This document shows, piece after piece, positions 45,587-48,630 of a stretch of DNA of 48,630 bases. The stretch covers positions 1-48,630 of the IMG/VR virus record IMGVR_UViG_3300049139_000039. One strand, given 5' to 3'. This DNA comes from a virus (Duplodnaviria > Caudoviricetes). The notes under the pieces are model-generated. The model made no database searches. It was not told the DNA's origin and saw nothing but the letters and a program-made list of their open reading frames with translations. Every line of letters begins with the position of its first letter. Positions within the stretch are counted from its first letter, which is position 1. The position numbers and the translations under genes are program-made.

Positions 45587-45867
45587 GCCCCACCTCCCGT
45601 CAGCCAAGCGATGACGCGCTCCGCCTCGGCATGCCACCGAGCTCGCGTGGATTCGTCCACCGTCACCCACGCCTCGGGCGGCGTACCGCGCAGGACCCGC
45701 GCCAGCCCGTCCACGTCCACCGACCCGAACGCGGCCGACGCGTCCTCCAGGAAGATCTGCTGATGCTCGGGGCTGCGGTGCTCCCACTCCGGCCGTGCGA
45801 ATCCGGTGTAGATCCGGTCGTGGAGGACGCGTGCCGCCACCTCCACCGGCGCCTTGGTCGCGCTCAT
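45583..45867 (-). CDS. Hypothetical protein
   Basis: Coupled overlaps. Confidence 0.65.
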   Translation of the reverse strand: MSATKAPVEVAARVLHDRIYTGFARPEWEHRSPEHQQIFLEDASAAFGSVDVDGLARVLRGTPPEAWVTVDESTRARWHAEAERVIAWLTGGGA

Positions 45868-45983
45868 GCCCTTCCCTCCCTGATAACGCACCCGGTGAGG
45901 GCGTCCCGCATCTCGTCGCAGTGCACGCAGACGATGTACGGGTCGTCGCCGTCGAAGCGCCACGAGTGGACGTGCTCGCTCAT
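45864..45983 (-). CDS. Small hypothetical protein (H.H...C..C)
   Basis: GAGGAG SD, ATGA overlaps. Confidence 0.6.
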   Translation of the reverse strand: MSEHVHSWRFDGDDPYIVCVHCDEMRDALTGCVIREGRA

Positions 45984-46390
45984 GCCCCGCTCCTCTCGCT
46001 CGTGGCGGCCTGTCGGCGCTGGTGCTCGGCCCACTTCTCGGGCGTGTCGATCTGGGCCAGTTCCTCCAGGTGCTCGGGCGTGAGGTAGACCGGTGCGTCG
46101 ACATGCTTGGCCCGCTGGTGCTCGGCCAGCGCGGCCAGGGCAGCGGTGTGAGTCGGCTGGCAGCACCTGGTCTGGTGCCGCATGGGGCCGGTCTTGCATC
46201 GCCAGTGCCAGCACCCGGCGGGCGTCTTGAACACGTGCGCCGGCGCATCCCCCCACTTCCGCTTCGGCTCCGGGAAGTGCACCGGGCAGTCGTAGTCCGG
46301 CTCCAGCGTGCTGCCGGGCTCGGTGGCCCCGTAGTGCGTCGTGTGGTACTGCTCGGGCACGGGGTGGCAGGTGCAGGTCGGCGCGGTCAC
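45980..46390 (-). CDS. Hypothetical Cys/His-rich protein
   Basis: GTGA overlap; CTC...DCPVH. Confidence 0.65.
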   Translation of the reverse strand: MTAPTCTCHPVPEQYHTTHYGATEPGSTLEPDYDCPVHFPEPKRKWGDAPAHVFKTPAGCWHWRCKTGPMRHQTRCCQPTHTAALAALAEHQRAKHVDAPVYLTPEHLEELAQIDTPEKWAEHQRRQAATSERSGA

Positions 46391-46704
46391 AGGTCGTCCT
46401 CGCCTTCGCGGGTCGGGATCTTCTCGCCCGTGTGGGGGTTCTCGATCTCGTGCAGGTGGTAGGTGCCGCAGCAGGGGTCCGAGGCGGCGTAGGAGCGCGC
46501 GCCGGATTCGAACGCCCGCCCAGCGATCAGCGGCGCGAACGACTCCAGTTCTGCTCGGGCGCCCTCGATGATGCGTTCCTTGAACGGGCCGCCGAAGTCC
46601 TCCCACGTCGGCGCGTTCTCGGGGTACTTGTCGACCCGCACCATGGCCGCGTACTGGCGCCGGGCCAGCAGGTCCACCATCTCGTCCGTCACTAGCTCGC
46701 TCAT
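46387..46704 (-). CDS. Hypothetical protein
   Basis: Coupled overlaps. Confidence 0.65.
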   Translation of the reverse strand: MSELVTDEMVDLLARRQYAAMVRVDKYPENAPTWEDFGGPFKERIIEGARAELESFAPLIAGRAFESGARSYAASDPCCGTYHLHEIENPHTGEKIPTREGEDDL

Positions 46705-46856
46705 GCCCAGCCCCTCTCCTGACGCATCCGCGCGAACCACTCGGCCCGCCGGTCGATCATTCGCTGCTCGTCACGGGCGAGCTCGTGGTTCATCTCGAAC
46801 TCGATGGACTCGTCGTCGGGGCGGATGTTGATGACGTGGTTGTCCTGGTGGGTCAT
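46701..46856 (-). CDS. Small hypothetical protein
   Basis: Coupled overlaps. Confidence 0.6.
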   Translation of the reverse strand: MTHQDNHVINIRPDDESIEFEMNHELARDEQRMIDRRAEWFARMRQERGWA

Positions 46857-47242
46857 CGGGGCTCCAGCGCAGTCTCGATGGCCTGCACGGTCGGGCAGGG
46901 CCAGGGGACGCATCCGCCCATCGGGGAGGCGCAGTGCTTGCAGACGAACTCCGGCGCCCATCCCCGCTTCACGCTGAACTCCGAGCCGTACGGGTGCTTC
47001 TGGTGCAGACCGAGCACCGCCTCCAGCGCCCCCACGAGCGCGGGCACGTCGGTGCGGGTGTGGGCGATGAACGTGGCATCTTTCGGGAGGGCCGAGGCTC
47101 CCCACGCCGAGCGCAGAACCGGGTGTTCGCCGCCGAGTACGTAGCTCCCACCCTCGTACGTGGACTCCACCCACTCCCACGGCCCCTCGGTCGCCGCCTC
47201 TGCCCGCTCCCGGATCGCGGCCAGCGCTTCTCTGGCAGTCAC
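46853..47242 (-). CDS. Hypothetical phage protein (ATEGPW...DATFIAH family)
   Basis: LAAIRERAEAATEGPW, DATFIAHTRTDVP.L, C..C...WPCPT. Confidence 0.75.
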   Translation of the reverse strand: MTAREALAAIRERAEAATEGPWEWVESTYEGGSYVLGGEHPVLRSAWGASALPKDATFIAHTRTDVPALVGALEAVLGLHQKHPYGSEFSVKRGWAPEFVCKHCASPMGGCVPWPCPTVQAIETALEPR

Positions 47243-47841
47243 TGGGCACCACCCAGGGCCGCGCTCGTGGTGCAGGGCCACGGCGTGCCGCACTCGATGC
47301 ACCGCAGGTCGTCCGGGTCTTCGTCATGCCGGTGCAGCGCCCGCACCCGCTCGACCTGCGCGCGTGCCTCGTTCCGCTGCTCCAGCGCAAGGCGGGCGTT
47401 GTTGCGGGCGAGGGTCCAGTGCTGCTCCATCTCGTCAGCCCGGTCGGCAAGCCCTTCGAGGTGCTGGGCGTTGTTCGGCATGTGCATCTGGTCATAGCGC
47501 CGGACGCGCTCCCGGATCGCGTCCCCCAGCCCGGCGTCGTGTACGCCGATCTGAGGGCCTGGGACGGGTGCCGACGACTCCGTAGTCGCGGGAGGGGTCG
47601 CGGGCCGCTCCTGGGCAGCAGCAACCAGCCTCTCGCCCACCCTGGTCAGGGTGTCCGCGTCCGTCGCGAGCAGTTCGAGCACGGCCCTGGTCGAGGACGG
47701 CACGTCAGGCCCGTCGGCGGCCAGGCGGATCCGCGCGCCCAGGGTGAGGGTCGCGGGGGCTTCCTCCACCGCCGGGTCCATCCCCGCGGACTCGTCGATG
47801 CGGCAGGCGATCAGGCTCGGGTCGGGGATCGGGGCGTTCAT
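47239..47841 (-). CDS. Hypothetical protein
   Basis: ERVRALH...C.EC...WPC.T C-terminal module. Confidence 0.7.
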   Translation of the reverse strand: MNAPIPDPSLIACRIDESAGMDPAVEEAPATLTLGARIRLAADGPDVPSSTRAVLELLATDADTLTRVGERLVAAAQERPATPPATTESSAPVPGPQIGVHDAGLGDAIRERVRRYDQMHMPNNAQHLEGLADRADEMEQHWTLARNNARLALEQRNEARAQVERVRALHRHDEDPDDLRCIECGTPWPCTTSAALGGAQ

Positions 47842-48449
47842 GCGGAGGCTCCTTCGGTGGTCAGGGCGGCGCGGAGGCGCTGGGCTGCGTCGGCCGGCGT
47901 GTGGCCGTCCCACTCCGGTGCGGTCGCGACCTCGGGCACGTGGAACAGGTCCCAGTCGGCGGCCGGGTAGTGGTTCGAGACCTGGCCGTGCGGGTACAGG
48001 TCGACGGTGACGACGAACCAGCCGCCGCCGAAGCACTCCTCGCCGTCGGAGTGCCGCCACGACTTCACGGCCTTGCCCTGCTGGGCCCAGCCCTCGGCGG
48101 CGTGGGCGTTGTAGAGCATCCGGTACTCGTAGAGCTCGGCGAACGTGTGGTAGCCGTCGCTGATCGTGCTGGTGTCACCGTCGGCAGCCTCGTACGTCGC
48201 GGCGAAGATGTCCGGCTTGCAGGGGTAGAACTCGCCCTGGACGCCGCGGATCACGTAGTCGTCACGACCAGCGGCCATGGTCCCTTCGAGAGTCCGGATC
48301 ATGACGAGCCAGGGCGGGCCCTCGCCGTGGCAGGTGGCCGACTCGACCTCGCCGCCGCACCAGGCGGCCACCTCCTCGCCATTAGTGCCGTCGAACTGCA
48401 TGGCCTCGATGACGACGGGCTTCTTGCGGTACTTCACGGGGTTGCTCAT
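47838..48449 (-). CDS. Two-domain phage protein (KKPV/TLEG domain fused to WDGH-type domain)
   Basis: YRKKPVVIEAMQF...TLEG...GEFYPCKPDIF..TY then SDGYHTF.ELY...KSWRH.DG...WDGH. Confidence 0.8.
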   Translation of the reverse strand: MSNPVKYRKKPVVIEAMQFDGTNGEEVAAWCGGEVESATCHGEGPPWLVMIRTLEGTMAAGRDDYVIRGVQGEFYPCKPDIFAATYEAADGDTSTISDGYHTFAELYEYRMLYNAHAAEGWAQQGKAVKSWRHSDGEECFGGGWFVVTVDLYPHGQVSNHYPAADWDLFHVPEVATAPEWDGHTPADAAQRLRAALTTEGASA

Positions 48450-48452
48450 CGG

Positions 48453-48630
48453 TCATGCTCCTTCGGTCGTGTTCGGGGTGATCCAGTGCTTGGGACCCGG
48501 GCGGATCCCCTTCTCGGCCAGCACGGCCAGGACGAGGTCGCGGCCGGTGGCGTTGGTGCGGGCGGGGATGGCTGGGTCGATCAGGTCTTCGATCGGGGGT
48601 GGGTCGAAGTCCGGCGGTGGGCCGGTGATC
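48453..48630 (-). CDS. 3' part of junction-spanning hypothetical protein
   Basis: ...GPPPDFDPPPIEDLIDPAIP...TEGA-stop, in frame with ATG at 41. Confidence 0.7.
   Translation of the reverse strand, partial: ITGPPPDFDPPPIEDLIDPAIPARTNATGRDLVLAVLAEKGIRPGPKHWITPNTTEGA

Overview
The window looks like a complete, circularly permuted genome (about 48.6 kb, very GC-rich) of a temperate actinobacterial siphovirus. The first and last 9 nt are identical (CCGGTGATC) and one small gene reads across that junction. Nearly all genes are on the minus strand. The virion module runs from small terminase (41755) through large terminase, portal, capsid, head-tail connectors, major tail, tail chaperones with a -1 frameshift, tape measure and minor tails (one carrying a PhoD-like phosphoesterase) into a lysis cassette ending at 16871. 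Next come a non-coding block (about 16330-16870), an intact attP (3' half of a CAT-anticodon tRNA), a tyrosine integrase and a divergent repressor/Cro switch. The early operon holds an excisionase, RecE/RecT-like genes, WhiB, RusA, three DNA methyltransferases and a replication initiator with an internal origin (4 iterons plus a perfect DnaA box). The most unusual signals are: (1) a tight cluster of small promoter-structured RNA-terminator units beside attP, including two convergent D-arm-less tRNA-like elements and two PafBC/RecA-NDp-type DNA-damage promoter motifs; (2) an overprinted ORF with its own Shine-Dalgarno site inside the large C5 methyltransferase; (3) the PhoD-bearing tail protein. 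All calls come from motif recognition and gene order by eye; no searches were run.
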